Of a stretch of 64,000 nucleotides of DNA, positions 28,149 through 38,096 are shown piece after piece (the first letter of the stretch is position 1; each line of letters begins with the position of its first letter). Source of the DNA: a bacterium (lineage in GTDB: Bacteria > UBA8248 > JACPRG01 > G963555815); assembly GCA_965261595.1 (NCBI GenBank), contig CBDHDG010000004.1:736001-800000 (forward strand). The letters run 5' to 3'. The notes under the pieces were generated by a model. The model was not told where the DNA came from. It searched no databases and saw only the letters and a program-made list of their open reading frames with translations. The position numbers and the translations under genes are program-made.

Positions 28149-30365
28149 TCACCCTCCCAACCTTTGTGGGTCTCCGGAAAGCGCCGCCGCAAGCCTTTCT
28201 TTCAACATCGTCAAGCGCCCCCCCTCCGGGGCGTTCCGGATGGCGATGGAAAGGGCCCTCTTCGTCCCCACCAGAACCACAAGCCGCTTCCCGCGCGTGA
28301 TGCCCGTATAGAGAAGGTTTCTCTGGAGCATGACGTAGTGCTGGGTGTGAAGCGGGATGACCACGGCGGGGTATTCACTGCCCTGAGACTTGTGAATGGA
28401 CACCGCGTACGCCAGGACAAGCTCGTCCAGGTCGGAGAATTCATACGGAACCCTCCGCCCGTCGAACTCCACGTCCACCCGCTGGTCTTCGGTGGACAGG
28501 CGTGAAATGAACCCGATGTCTCCGTTGTAAACGTCCTTGTCATAGTTGTTGCGGACCTGCATCACCTTGTCTCCGCGGCCGAACGATCGGCCGTAACGCT
28601 GCACGGCCTCCCCGCCGGGATTCAGGGCGGACTGGAGGAGGGCGTTGAGATTCGTCGCCCCCAGATCCCCCCGGTGCATGGGCGTCAGGACCTGAACGTC
28701 CGTCTTGGGATTCAGCCCGAAACGCTTGGGAATCCGCTCGACGACGATCTCCCGGATGGTCTCGGCGGCCTCGGCCGGGTCCTCCCGCTCGACGAAAAAG
28801 ACATCCTCGGCCTCCGCGGAAAACTCCGGCGCCCGGCCTTCCTTGATCTGGTGGGCGTAATCCGTGATGAGGGAGAGGTCCCCCCGCCGGAAGATCTCCG
28901 TCAGACGGACCACCTCGCAGACGCCCGACTCGATGAGGTCCTTCAGGACCTGTCCGGGTCCAACCGAGGGAAGCTGATCCACGTCCCCCACCCAGATCAG
29001 CCGGGCCCCGGCGGGGACCGCGTCGAGGAGGTGGACCATCAGCGGCAGGTCGATCATCGACGATTCGTCCAGGATCAGGAGGTCCAGCGGCAGGGGGTTC
29101 GCCCGGTTGAACTCGAAGGCCATCCGCCGGGGCTCGAACTTCAGCAGCCGGTGAATCGTCCGCGCGGGCCTGCCCGTGGCCTCGGCGAGCCGTTTGGCGG
29201 CCCTCCCGGTGGGCGCGGCCAGGCTGATCCGGACGCCCTTCCGCTCCAGGATGTCCAGGATGGCCCGGACAATGGTGGTCTTGCCGGTTCCGGGTCCGCC
29301 CGTGATGACGAGCAGCTTCTCCGACAGGGCCTTGCGCACGGCGTCCAACTGCCGGCCGGCGAACCGGATGGCGGACCGGTCCCGCATCCAGTCCAGGGCG
29401 GCGTCGATCTGAATGGCGAGGGTTTTCTCCGGACTCTCCCGCAAGGTCTTCAACCTAAACGCGAGGGCCGTCTCGGCCTCGTAGAGATCTTTCAGGAAGA
29501 CCCGGCGCTCCCCCCCCTCCCCCTCCGTCTCGCCGAAGACTTCCCGCACGATCCGGCCTTCTCCCGCAAGCCGGGGGAGGGCCGCCTTCAGGGTCTCCGG
29601 GGGGATGTCCAGCTCCTTGGCGCAGCGCTCGATGAGGTCCGCCTCGGGGAAGAAACAATGCCCATCATCCCGGACCTCCTGCAACGAGTAAATGATCCCC
29701 GCTTCCGCGCGCACGTCGCTGTGCGGGTCGAACCCCAGCTTGAAGGCGATGTTGTCCGCCGTCCGGAACCCCATTCCGGAGATGTCCCGGGCGAGCAGGA
29801 AGGGATTGTTCTTCACGACGTCGAGGGAGGCGGGGCCGTAGGCCTTGAAAATCCGCGCGCCATAGGCCGAGGAAACCCCGTGCCCCTGAAGGAAGATCAT
29901 GACGTCCCGGATGGCCCGCTGCGCTTTCCAGGCGTCCCGGATCCATTGGGCCCGCTTCGGGCCGATTCCCTCCACGCGCTGAAGGCGGCGGTCGTCCTCC
30001 TCCAACACCTCCAGCGTCTCGGACCCGAACGCGTCCACCAGCCGGTCGGCCATCTTCGGGCCGATCCCCTTGATCATGCCCGAGCCCAGGTAGCGTCGGA
30101 TGCCCAGCTCGGTGGAGGGGACAACGGTCTCGAACCACTCCACCTCGAACTGCCGGCCGAACTTCTTATTCTGAACCCACCGGCCCCGGACCCGCAGGGT
30201 TTCTCCGATCTGGACGCCGGGCATCGTTCCCACGACGGTGACGGGGACGCCGCCGTCCGGGGCCTGAATCTGGGCGACCAGCCAGCCGGAATCCTCATTG
30301 GCGTAGGTGATCCGGTCGAGGACCCCTTCCATCGATTCCGATTCGGTCTGCTGGAAAAGGTCCAA
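28149..30365 (-). CDS. recD2: ATP-dependent RecD2 DNA helicase
   Basis: HhH motifs, TGGPGTGKTT, APTGRAAKRL, DESSM, GDVDQLPSVG, SIHKSQGSE, LLYTGITR. Confidence 0.97.
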   Translation of the reverse strand: MDLFQQTESESMEGVLDRITYANEDSGWLVAQIQAPDGGVPVTVVGTMPGVQIGETLRVRGRWVQNKKFGRQFEVEWFETVVPSTELGIRRYLGSGMIKGIGPKMADRLVDAFGSETLEVLEEDDRRLQRVEGIGPKRAQWIRDAWKAQRAIRDVMIFLQGHGVSSAYGARIFKAYGPASLDVVKNNPFLLARDISGMGFRTADNIAFKLGFDPHSDVRAEAGIIYSLQEVRDDGHCFFPEADLIERCAKELDIPPETLKAALPRLAGEGRIVREVFGETEGEGGERRVFLKDLYEAETALAFRLKTLRESPEKTLAIQIDAALDWMRDRSAIRFAGRQLDAVRKALSEKLLVITGGPGTGKTTIVRAILDILERKGVRISLAAPTGRAAKRLAEATGRPARTIHRLLKFEPRRMAFEFNRANPLPLDLLILDESSMIDLPLMVHLLDAVPAGARLIWVGDVDQLPSVGPGQVLKDLIESGVCEVVRLTEIFRRGDLSLITDYAHQIKEGRAPEFSAEAEDVFFVEREDPAEAAETIREIVVERIPKRFGLNPKTDVQVLTPMHRGDLGATNLNALLQSALNPGGEAVQRYGRSFGRGDKVMQVRNNYDKDVYNGDIGFISRLSTEDQRVDVEFDGRRVPYEFSDLDELVLAYAVSIHKSQGSEYPAVVIPLHTQHYVMLQRNLLYTGITRGKRLVVLVGTKRALSIAIRNAPEGGRLTMLKERLAAALSGDPQRLGG

Positions 30366-30575
30366 CCGCGTCAGCCTCCGCGCATCGGGATGATCGGGAT
30401 GTCATGCCGACTTCAGGCGCCGCTCTATTCTATCCCTGTTCCCAAAAAATCGGCATCCCGCCGGGCTTTGATTGGAGACCGGGCCGGGCGGCGACAGGAC
30501 GAATCCCCCCCTCCCCTCTCTCCCCCTCCCCTTTTCCTGGACGGACCCGGCCGGGTGCATTACCCTGTACGGGTT

Positions 30576-31817
30576 ATGCTAAGCGTCCTGGCCATCATCA
30601 TGGGCGGCGGACGGGGGTCCCGCCTCTATCCGCTCACCCAAGTCCGAAGCAAGCCCGCCGTGCCGCTAGGCGGCAGGTACCGTCTGATCGACGTCCCCAT
30701 CAGCAACTGCCTCAACTCGGGCATCCGCTCGGTCTACATCCTGACACAGTTCCAATCCGCCTCCCTCAACAGCCACGTCGCCCGGACGTACCGGTTCGAT
30801 CCCTTCGCGCCGGGATTCGTCGAGGTCCTCGCGGCCGAGCAGACCGAGGAAAGCCAGGAGTGGTATCAGGGCACGGCCGACGCCATCCGGCAGCACCTTC
30901 ACCGGTTTTTGGACTCCGACCATGACCACTACCTCATCCTCTCCGGGGACCACCTCTACCGGATGGATTACCGCGACATGATCCGTCCCCACGCGCGGAA
31001 GAAGGCGGACCTGACAGTGGCCATTCAGCCCGTGACCCGGGAGGCCGCGAAGGATTACGGCGTCATGCGCCTCGCGGCGGACGGGCGGGTGGCCGGGTTC
31101 GTGGAAAAGCCCGATGATCCGGCCGTGTTGGACACCCTCCGGGTCCGGGAAGACGACCCCATGGTCCGGGGGCTGCGGGACAAGACCCGGCTGTATCCGG
31201 GCTCGATGGGGATTTACCTCTTCACGAAGGAGGCCCTCGGGCGAGCCCTTTCCGGCACGCGGGAAGTGGATTTCGGCAAGCACGTCATCCCGGGCGTCCT
31301 GTCGTCCATGCGCGTCATGTGCCATCCATTCAAGTCGTATTGGAAAGATATCGGAACCATCCGGGCCTTTTACGAGGCGAACCTTCGCCTCGCCGAACCC
31401 GATCCGCCCTTCTGGTTCTACGAGCCGGGCTCGCCGATCTATACGCGCCCGCGCTTTCTGCCCCCGGCCCGATTGCTCGATTGCCGGGTCTCCCACTCTC
31501 TCATCACCGATGGCTGCATCGTCGAGGGCGCGGAGATTCAGCGGTCCATCCTGGGCATCCGCAGCCACGTCAGGAACGGGAGCCGGATCATCCGCTCCAT
31601 CGTCATGGGGCGCGATTCGTTTCAGGGGCCGGCGACCATCGGCCGAAACTGCCGCATCGAAGAGGCCATCCTGGACCTGAACGCCCGGATCGGCGACGGG
31701 GTGGAGATCCGCGGGGCGGAGGGCCGGCCCGATGAGGACGGCGACGGTTACGCAATCCGCGAGGGGGTTGTCGTGGTCTCCAAAAACTCCGTGATTCCCC
31801 CGGGGACGAGAATCTGA
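30576..31817 (+). CDS. glgC: Glucose-1-phosphate adenylyltransferase
   Basis: GGGRGSRLYPLT, SKPAVP, WYQGTADA, LSGDHLYRMDY, FVEKP, YWKDIGT. Confidence 0.97.
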   Translation: MLSVLAIIMGGGRGSRLYPLTQVRSKPAVPLGGRYRLIDVPISNCLNSGIRSVYILTQFQSASLNSHVARTYRFDPFAPGFVEVLAAEQTEESQEWYQGTADAIRQHLHRFLDSDHDHYLILSGDHLYRMDYRDMIRPHARKKADLTVAIQPVTREAAKDYGVMRLAADGRVAGFVEKPDDPAVLDTLRVREDDPMVRGLRDKTRLYPGSMGIYLFTKEALGRALSGTREVDFGKHVIPGVLSSMRVMCHPFKSYWKDIGTIRAFYEANLRLAEPDPPFWFYEPGSPIYTRPRFLPPARLLDCRVSHSLITDGCIVEGAEIQRSILGIRSHVRNGSRIIRSIVMGRDSFQGPATIGRNCRIEEAILDLNARIGDGVEIRGAEGRPDEDGDGYAIREGVVVVSKNSVIPPGTRI

Positions 31818-32575
31818 TGGCCGCGGGCAAGCGAACGCTCCTTTGGAAGATGCTGGGGCGGGTCGATTACGAGCCGGCCCTGGCCCTCCAGGGGCGCCTG
31901 CGGGCGCGGCGCATCGCGGGGGAGACAGCGGACACCCTCCTGCTTCTGGAGCATCCCCCCGTCCTGACCCTCGGACGGGGCGCCGACGCGGCCAACGTTC
32001 TGGCGTCCGAGGAATCGCTTCGCGCCCTGGGCATCCGCGTCCACCGGATCGGCCGGGGCGGGGACGTCACCTATCACGGGCCGGGACAGTTGGTGGGCTA
32101 TCCTATCCTGGATCTTCGGGAGCGGGGCCGCGACGTTCACAAATATCTGCGCGACCTGGAAGAGGTGTTCATCCGGTGGCTGGCCCGGCGGGGGGAGGGG
32201 GAGGAGGGGGGAGGAATTCCGGCCGGCCGCGTCCCGGGGGCCACCGGGGTGTGGGTGGACGGCAAGAAGATCACGGCCATCGGCGTCGGGGTCCGGCGGT
32301 GGGTGACCCTTCATGGGTTCGCCTTCAACGTCAACCCGGATCTGTCGCGTTTCGACCTCATCCGGCCCTGCGGGTTCGAGGCCGAGCGCGTGACCTCCGT
32401 CGAGCGGTTGACGGCGGCCGGAAGTCCCCCGCCGTCCCTCGAACGGCTGGCCGGGGAGATCGTCGAAGTCTTCGCCGAGGTGTTCGGCATGGCGCCGGTC
32501 CAGGCTGAAGATGCGGACTGGGCGGCCCCGATCATCCCGGCGGAGCCCATCGCCGGCGAGACGGCCGCCCGTTAG
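31817..32575 (+). CDS. lipB: Lipoyl(octanoyl) transferase
   Basis: LLEHPPVLTLG, RGGDVTYHGPGQLVGYP, KITAIG, HGFAFNV, PCG. Confidence 0.96.
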   Translation: MAAGKRTLLWKMLGRVDYEPALALQGRLRARRIAGETADTLLLLEHPPVLTLGRGADAANVLASEESLRALGIRVHRIGRGGDVTYHGPGQLVGYPILDLRERGRDVHKYLRDLEEVFIRWLARRGEGEEGGGIPAGRVPGATGVWVDGKKITAIGVGVRRWVTLHGFAFNVNPDLSRFDLIRPCGFEAERVTSVERLTAAGSPPPSLERLAGEIVEVFAEVFGMAPVQAEDADWAAPIIPAEPIAGETAAR

Positions 32576-32824
32576 TGTGGTGTCGCGAAGATACCTTGAA
32601 TATTTCCTTCCACTCCATAAGGAGGGCGCCACTGGCGGTCTGCCTGCCAGCGCCTCCTTTTTCGAGGAATCCAATGGACATCCCGCCCGGAGACTGATTG
32701 AACGAATTGCCGGGACGCGACGTTAGCTTGGGTTTTTCACATAAAGGCTGATCTTCTTTCACCCCTTCCACTGGATGTCGCACCGGCCACTTCCGCCTGA
32801 ACGAGGTATGTGAGAAATGCGGGT
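32572..32824. mobile_element. Two adjacent degenerate MITE-like remnants
   Basis: Imperfect terminal IRs TTAGTGTGGTGTCGCG / CGGGACGCGACGTTAG (32572-32727), then TTTTTCACATA / TATGTGAGAAA (about 32733-32819); no transposase. Confidence 0.4.
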
Positions 32825-33110
32825 CCCCGCACCCGCACACAAGAAAGTCCTGATCGGCCGACGGGAACGGGCGCCAACAACCTTCCACTCACCAACCCCG
32901 CTCCCGTGTTAAATTGTCGGGGAGAGATGGAGGGCGGACCCAATCGCCCCCCCCCTCCCTTCCCCTCCCCCTCCCCCTCCCCCTCCTCTTCCAAGGTCCT
33001 GGGGTGAGGCGAACGCAATCTCGACCTTAACGCCCGGCGCGGGGGGGATCCTTCCCGACCCGGGGCCGTTCCATATCCATCGGCGGAGAGAAAAACAAGG
33101 TGTTGATAAG

Positions 33111-34034
33111 ATGATTCGGTCCTCATGGCAGCGCGCGTATAAAAGGAAATCTCGATCCGTCGGGCTTGCCCGCTGGATCCTGATCGGAGGAATCACGGCG
33201 GGCGTCCTGTGGGTTCTGGCCGCGGAGGCCCAGGGCCCGGCGTCGATTCGCGCGCCGCTCCTCGGGATCGAGGCGGCCGACTGGTTCGGGAAAATCTGGG
33301 GGCTCATCCGCCGCGGCGGGATGGTGATGTATCCCATCATCCTGTGTTCCATCCTCGCCCTGGGGGTGTTCCTCGAGCGTTCGGTCAGCCTGCGGAAAAA
33401 ACGCATCCTCAATCAAGACTTCATCTCGGGATTCCGGCGCCACTGGATCCGCCGGGACCTGGACCGCGCCCTGCGGCTCTGCAAAGAGCACGACATTTCG
33501 ATCTCCCGCGTCCTTCGGGCCGGTCTCCTTCGCCACCGGATTTCCATCGCGGACATGGAGCGCGCCATCGAGACCGCGGGCCAGCACGAGGTCTCCCTCC
33601 TCACGGCGAACCTTCGCACGCTCGGCGTGGTCGCCAACCTGGCCCCCATGCTGGGCCTCCTGGGGACGGTCATCGGGATGATCAAAGCGTTTTCCGTGAT
33701 CTCGCAGAGCGGCACGGGCAATCCGGGCCTGGTGGCCAGCGGGATCTCCGAGGCCCTGGTGACAACAGCGGCGGGCCTCATCGTCGGGATTCCCGCCCTG
33801 GCCGCGCACCACTATTTCCGCGCCAAGATCGACCGTTACGTCTATGAAATGGAGCACATCAGCCTCGAAATCCTGGAGGGGATGAGCCGGGAGGAATTCT
33901 CGAAAGCGGACGACTTCGCCCCGACGGCTTCCGCCGGGGAACGCGAAGGCCCCGCCGTGGACGCCCTCCACACCGAAGCGGGCGGCGCCCCCGAACCGGA
34001 AGCGCAACCCCCCGGGGAGGCGCCGCGGACGTGA
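33111..34034 (+). CDS. MotA/TolQ/ExbB proton channel protein (start uncertain)
   Basis: GGMVMYPI, APMLGLLGTVIGMIKAF, GISEALVTTAAGL. Confidence 0.93.
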   Translation: MIRSSWQRAYKRKSRSVGLARWILIGGITAGVLWVLAAEAQGPASIRAPLLGIEAADWFGKIWGLIRRGGMVMYPIILCSILALGVFLERSVSLRKKRILNQDFISGFRRHWIRRDLDRALRLCKEHDISISRVLRAGLLRHRISIADMERAIETAGQHEVSLLTANLRTLGVVANLAPMLGLLGTVIGMIKAFSVISQSGTGNPGLVASGISEALVTTAAGLIVGIPALAAHHYFRAKIDRYVYEMEHISLEILEGMSREEFSKADDFAPTASAGEREGPAVDALHTEAGGAPEPEAQPPGEAPRT

Positions 34035-34435
34035 GGTTCGACACCCGCCCGGAAGAGGATTACAACCTTTCGCTGACCGCTCTCATCGACGTGGTCTTTC
34101 TCCTCCTGATCTTTTTCATGGTCTCCACCGCGTTCATCGATTTCAGCCGCCGGCTGGACATCCGGCTCCCCGAGGCCGGGGCGGGAACGGAGACCGGCGA
34201 GCGGATTCAGCAGGTTGTGGTCGAGGTCGGCCTCGAGGGCAGGATCACCCTCAACGGGAAGACCGTCACGCTCACCGCCCTGGAATCCGGGCTCAAGGCC
34301 GCGCGCGGCGCGTCCGAGCGGACGGCCGTCATCCGCGCGGACGAGCGGCTGCCCTACGGGCTGATCATCCGCATCCTGGGCATCTGCCGCGCCGCCGGCA
34401 TCTATGACGTCAGCGTCTCCGTCAAAAAACAGTAA
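34031..34435 (+). CDS. ExbD/TolR family protein
   Basis: LTALIDVVFLLLIFFMV, IRADE. Confidence 0.93.
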   Translation: MRFDTRPEEDYNLSLTALIDVVFLLLIFFMVSTAFIDFSRRLDIRLPEAGAGTETGERIQQVVVEVGLEGRITLNGKTVTLTALESGLKAARGASERTAVIRADERLPYGLIIRILGICRAAGIYDVSVSVKKQ

Positions 34436-34509
34436 CCGGTCCGGACGCGCCGCGTCCGAAATCAGCGGCTTCCCAGCTCCCTGAGCAGCCAAGGAGGGAT
34501 TTCAACCTG

Positions 34510-35172
34510 ATGGAGTGGACTCCGATTGACGAACACACGACGCGGATCTTCATGATCCGCCACGGCGAAGTCGAAAATCACGACCAGGGCGTCTTCAACG
34601 GCCAGCTCGACGTGGACATCACCCCCCGGGGCGTCGGGCACATGGAGCGGGCCGCCGAATTCCTGGCCGCCGGGGGGGGGGGAGGGGGGGGGGCGGGCGA
34701 GACAGGCGAGACGGGCGTCCGCCGCCTCTACTCCAGCGACCTCCTCCGGACGGTCCGGGGCGCGGCGATCATCTCCGAGCGGCTCGGGTTGAATGAAACG
34801 GCCCAAGCCGTCCCGGACATCCGGGAGATTCACCTGGGGGAGTGGCAGGGGCTCTCGTTCGAGGAGGTGGATGATCGTTTCCCCGGGATGCGGGAAACCC
34901 GCCACGCGGATATCATGAACTACCGGATTCCCGGCTCCGAAACGGTGGCCGAGCTCTCAGCCCGGGTCGTCCTGGCCGTTGAGGAGATCGCCGGACGCCA
35001 CCGGGGGGAAAGCGTGGCGATTGTGGCCCACGCGGGTCCCAACCGGACGGTCCTCTGTCACGCCCTGGGCGTCCCGCTCAAGCGTATCTTCCACATCCAT
35101 CAGGACTACGGGGCGATCAACGTCCTCGATTTATCGGCCGAAGGGGCCGTGGTTCGGCTGATGAACGGGTGA
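34510..35172 (+). CDS. Histidine phosphatase (phosphoglycerate mutase / CobC family)
   Basis: IRHGE, SSDLLRT, REIHLGEWQG, VAHAG. Confidence 0.92.
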   Translation: MEWTPIDEHTTRIFMIRHGEVENHDQGVFNGQLDVDITPRGVGHMERAAEFLAAGGGGGGGAGETGETGVRRLYSSDLLRTVRGAAIISERLGLNETAQAVPDIREIHLGEWQGLSFEEVDDRFPGMRETRHADIMNYRIPGSETVAELSARVVLAVEEIAGRHRGESVAIVAHAGPNRTVLCHALGVPLKRIFHIHQDYGAINVLDLSAEGAVVRLMNG

Positions 35173-35358
35173 AACCGGGGCGCGTTCGGCCTGGTGAAAA
35201 CCGCCCGGACGAATCCCTCTCAAGCGCGCCATTCCAGCGAGCCGGCCCTTTCGTGACATCTTGACACCCCCGCGCGGTCCTCTTTAGGATTGTGAGCCGT
35301 ATCGCAAACGACGGGGATCGCCCCCGGTGAAATCCTTCCCGCCTCAAGGACCCTTTCG

Positions 35359-36513
35359 ATGACTGACTGGATGCTTCAGCTCACGGTGATTCTGATCGGC
35401 GCCTTGGCCGCCGCGGAGCTCATGCGCGTCCTGAAGCTGTCCTCCGTCCTGGGCGAGCTGACCATCGGCATCGTCCTGGGCGGCTCGGTCCTGGGCTGGC
35501 TGCCGGAATCCCACCTCCTCGAGGTGTTGGCCGAGCTCGGCGTCATCTTCATGATCTTCATGGTCGGCCTCGAGACCCAGTTCGCGCACCTCAAGGCGGT
35601 CGGCCGGGAGGCGCTTCTGATCGCGATGTTCGGGGTGGCGGTTCCCTTTCTGGGCGGATACGGCCTCGGCGTGGCCTTCGACTACAACCTCCAGACCTCC
35701 CTCTTTCTGGGCACGATCCTCGCGGCCACGAGCGTGGCCGTCACCGCACGGGTCTTCATGGAGATGGGCAAGGCCAAAACTTCCGTCTCCCAGACCATCC
35801 TGGCCGCGGCGGTCATCGACGACGTCCTGAGTCTCCTCGTCCTGACCGTGGTTCTCGCCACAACGGGCGCCGGAGGGGACGTGTCCGTGGGCTGGGCGGT
35901 GTCGAAGATCATGATTTTCCTGGTTGTGGTCTTCCCGTTCTTCTGGTGGTGGGTCCCGAAAGTCATCGACTCCGTCAAGCGATACGGCGGGGAGCGCACC
36001 ACCCTGGCGTTCGTCATCAGCCTGCTGTTTCTGTTCTCCTACCTGTCGCACGCCTCCGGGCTGGCGACGATCGTCGGCGCGTTCCTGATCGGGATGATCC
36101 TGGCCGAGACCAAGGTGCACCTCGAGATCATGGATCAGGTCCGGCCCATCTACGTGTTTCTGGCGCCGGTCTTCTTCGTGGTCACGGGGGCGCAGGTCCA
36201 CATGGGCCTGCTCTCGAAGGTCCTTGGGTTCACCGTCCTGCTGACGGGGGTGGCGATCATGACCAAGTGGATTGGCTCGCTCGCCGGCGGGGCGATCTGC
36301 AAGATGAATTTCAAAAAAGGAACGCTCATCGGCGTGGGGATGATCCCCCGGGGCGAGGTGGGGCTGATCGTCGCCCTCATCGGCCTGAAAGCCGGGGTTC
36401 TCACCCAGGAGGTCTTTGCCGCCTCGGCCATCATGTGCCTGGCGACGACGTTCGTCGTGCCCCTGCTGCTGAAGTGGCTGGTCGGCCGGTTCCCGTTGGA
36501 GATGGAGGGCTGA
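35359..36513 (+). CDS. Cation:proton antiporter (CPA2)
   Basis: Many TM helices; ATSVAVT, AAVIDD, GMIPRGEVGL. Confidence 0.93.
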   Translation: MTDWMLQLTVILIGALAAAELMRVLKLSSVLGELTIGIVLGGSVLGWLPESHLLEVLAELGVIFMIFMVGLETQFAHLKAVGREALLIAMFGVAVPFLGGYGLGVAFDYNLQTSLFLGTILAATSVAVTARVFMEMGKAKTSVSQTILAAAVIDDVLSLLVLTVVLATTGAGGDVSVGWAVSKIMIFLVVVFPFFWWWVPKVIDSVKRYGGERTTLAFVISLLFLFSYLSHASGLATIVGAFLIGMILAETKVHLEIMDQVRPIYVFLAPVFFVVTGAQVHMGLLSKVLGFTVLLTGVAIMTKWIGSLAGGAICKMNFKKGTLIGVGMIPRGEVGLIVALIGLKAGVLTQEVFAASAIMCLATTFVVPLLLKWLVGRFPLEMEG

Positions 36514-36514
36514 C

Positions 36515-36928
36515 ATGAAGGTCAAGGACGTCTTTCAGACCCTCACAAAAGGGGCCGACGTGGTGCGGGAAACCGATCCGATCCCCGAGGTGATCCGCAA
36601 GGTCGCCCAAAACATCGCGACCCGGTCGGTGTTCGTCGTGGACGACGGGGAAAAGCTCGTGGGGATCATCAACGTCCGGGACCTCCTGCGCGTCGTGGGC
36701 GCAAGATTCCTCAACCGGGAAACGCTGACCGTGATCCCTTACCTGACCGCCCGGAAGGCTTCGGACATCATGCAGCCGCCCTACTCGGTCGGTCCAGACG
36801 ACGAGATCGAAGAGGGCCTCCGCCTCGTTGTGCAGCACGACCTCAAAGACATCCCCGTCGTGGAAGGCGGCAAGGTCGTAGGCGATCTCAACTGCTTCGA
36901 GATCCTCCTGAACGTCAAGAACGAATAG
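36515..36928 (+). CDS. CBS domain protein
   Basis: Tandem CBS motifs VVDDGEKLVGII and IPVVEGGKVVG. Confidence 0.9.
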   Translation: MKVKDVFQTLTKGADVVRETDPIPEVIRKVAQNIATRSVFVVDDGEKLVGIINVRDLLRVVGARFLNRETLTVIPYLTARKASDIMQPPYSVGPDDEIEEGLRLVVQHDLKDIPVVEGGKVVGDLNCFEILLNVKNE

Positions 36929-37013
36929 TCCGGAGCTCCGGTCCCCCTCGCGCCCCGCCCCCCCGCCCGGCCCGCATCCTTCATAACCCGTCCACTTCGG
37001 CGTCGGACGACGA

Positions 37014-38093
37014 TCACCCCTTCTCCGACGCCCCGAATGCCGCCCAGACGGCCTCGATGACCCGCGGGACCTCCCCGTCGCTCAGGGCGGGATAACAGGG
37101 AATCGACACCGCTTCGCGAACGGCCACGTCCGTCCTCGGAAACCCCTTGATCCCCAAGATCCGGTGAATGGGCCGGTCAACGGGCCTCCGGGCGATCACC
37201 CCCCTGCCCTTCAGGAACCGGAGGACGCCCGCCCCCCCCCCCCCCGGCTTGCCTGTCACTCGGACCACGTACCGGTGATAGACATGCCGCCCGCCCGGCG
37301 GATCGGCCGGAAGGGTGAGCGGGAGATCGCCGAACGCCCGGTGATAACGCGCCGCGATCCGCCGCCGGATGAAGGACTCGAGTTTCTTGAGCTGGGACCG
37401 GCCCAGGGCGGCGTGGAGGTCGCTCATTTTGTAGTTGAACCGGAGCCGGGCGTCGGGGGGCTCGTCGTAGGACCGCAGATCCCGGGCGACCCTCAGGATC
37501 CCCGCCCGGTCGGAGACGACCATCCCGCCCTCGCCCGCCGCCGCCATTTTGGTGGCGTAAAAAGAGCAGACCACCGCGCGTCCCACTCGCCCGACGGGGC
37601 CTTTCCCCCGCCGCGCCCCCAAAGACTGGGCCAGGTCCTCCACCACGGGAAGTCCCAGGGCGCGGACGCCGCTCAGGTCTATCGGCTCGCCGAAGGGGTG
37701 GGGGAAAAGGACAGCGCGGGTTCTCCGGTTCGCCGCGCGGTCGATCTCCTCGGGACCCGGGTGAAACCGGCCCTCGGCCAGGTCGGCGAGCCGGGGGACC
37801 GCCCCGACGAACCGGACGGCCTGGAGCAGCGCGCCGCAAACGTAGCTGGGGATCACGACGCCGTCCCCCCGGCCCACGCCCAGGGCCAGCAGGACGAGAT
37901 GCAGGGCGGCGGTCCCGGAGCTTCTCGCGACCCCGCCCCGCAGCCCGAGACGCCGGGCGACATCCCCTTCGAACCGCTCCACCTCCGGCCCCGCGGCCAC
38001 CTGGCCGCTCCGAAGGGTCCGCAGGACGGCCCGCTCATCGTCCGGACCGAAGACCGGCCGGGAGTGGGCGACGGGGGCGCGTCCGGCCGCCAT
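37014..38093 (-). CDS. DegT/DnrJ/EryC1/StrS sugar aminotransferase
   Basis: SSGTAALH, VVEDLAQSLG, SFYATK (PLP Lys), GEGGM, FNYKM. Confidence 0.92.
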   Translation of the reverse strand: MAAGRAPVAHSRPVFGPDDERAVLRTLRSGQVAAGPEVERFEGDVARRLGLRGGVARSSGTAALHLVLLALGVGRGDGVVIPSYVCGALLQAVRFVGAVPRLADLAEGRFHPGPEEIDRAANRRTRAVLFPHPFGEPIDLSGVRALGLPVVEDLAQSLGARRGKGPVGRVGRAVVCSFYATKMAAAGEGGMVVSDRAGILRVARDLRSYDEPPDARLRFNYKMSDLHAALGRSQLKKLESFIRRRIAARYHRAFGDLPLTLPADPPGGRHVYHRYVVRVTGKPGGGGAGVLRFLKGRGVIARRPVDRPIHRILGIKGFPRTDVAVREAVSIPCYPALSDGEVPRVIEAVWAAFGASEKG

Positions 38094-38096
38094 GGC

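Noticed and set aside
7814..30575. Very long antisense ORFs (7814-9970, 14756-17338, 24513-26894 and the first ~630 aa of 28674-31817)
   Set aside because: Shadow frames of recognisable GC-rich genes on the opposite strand; glgC starts at 30576
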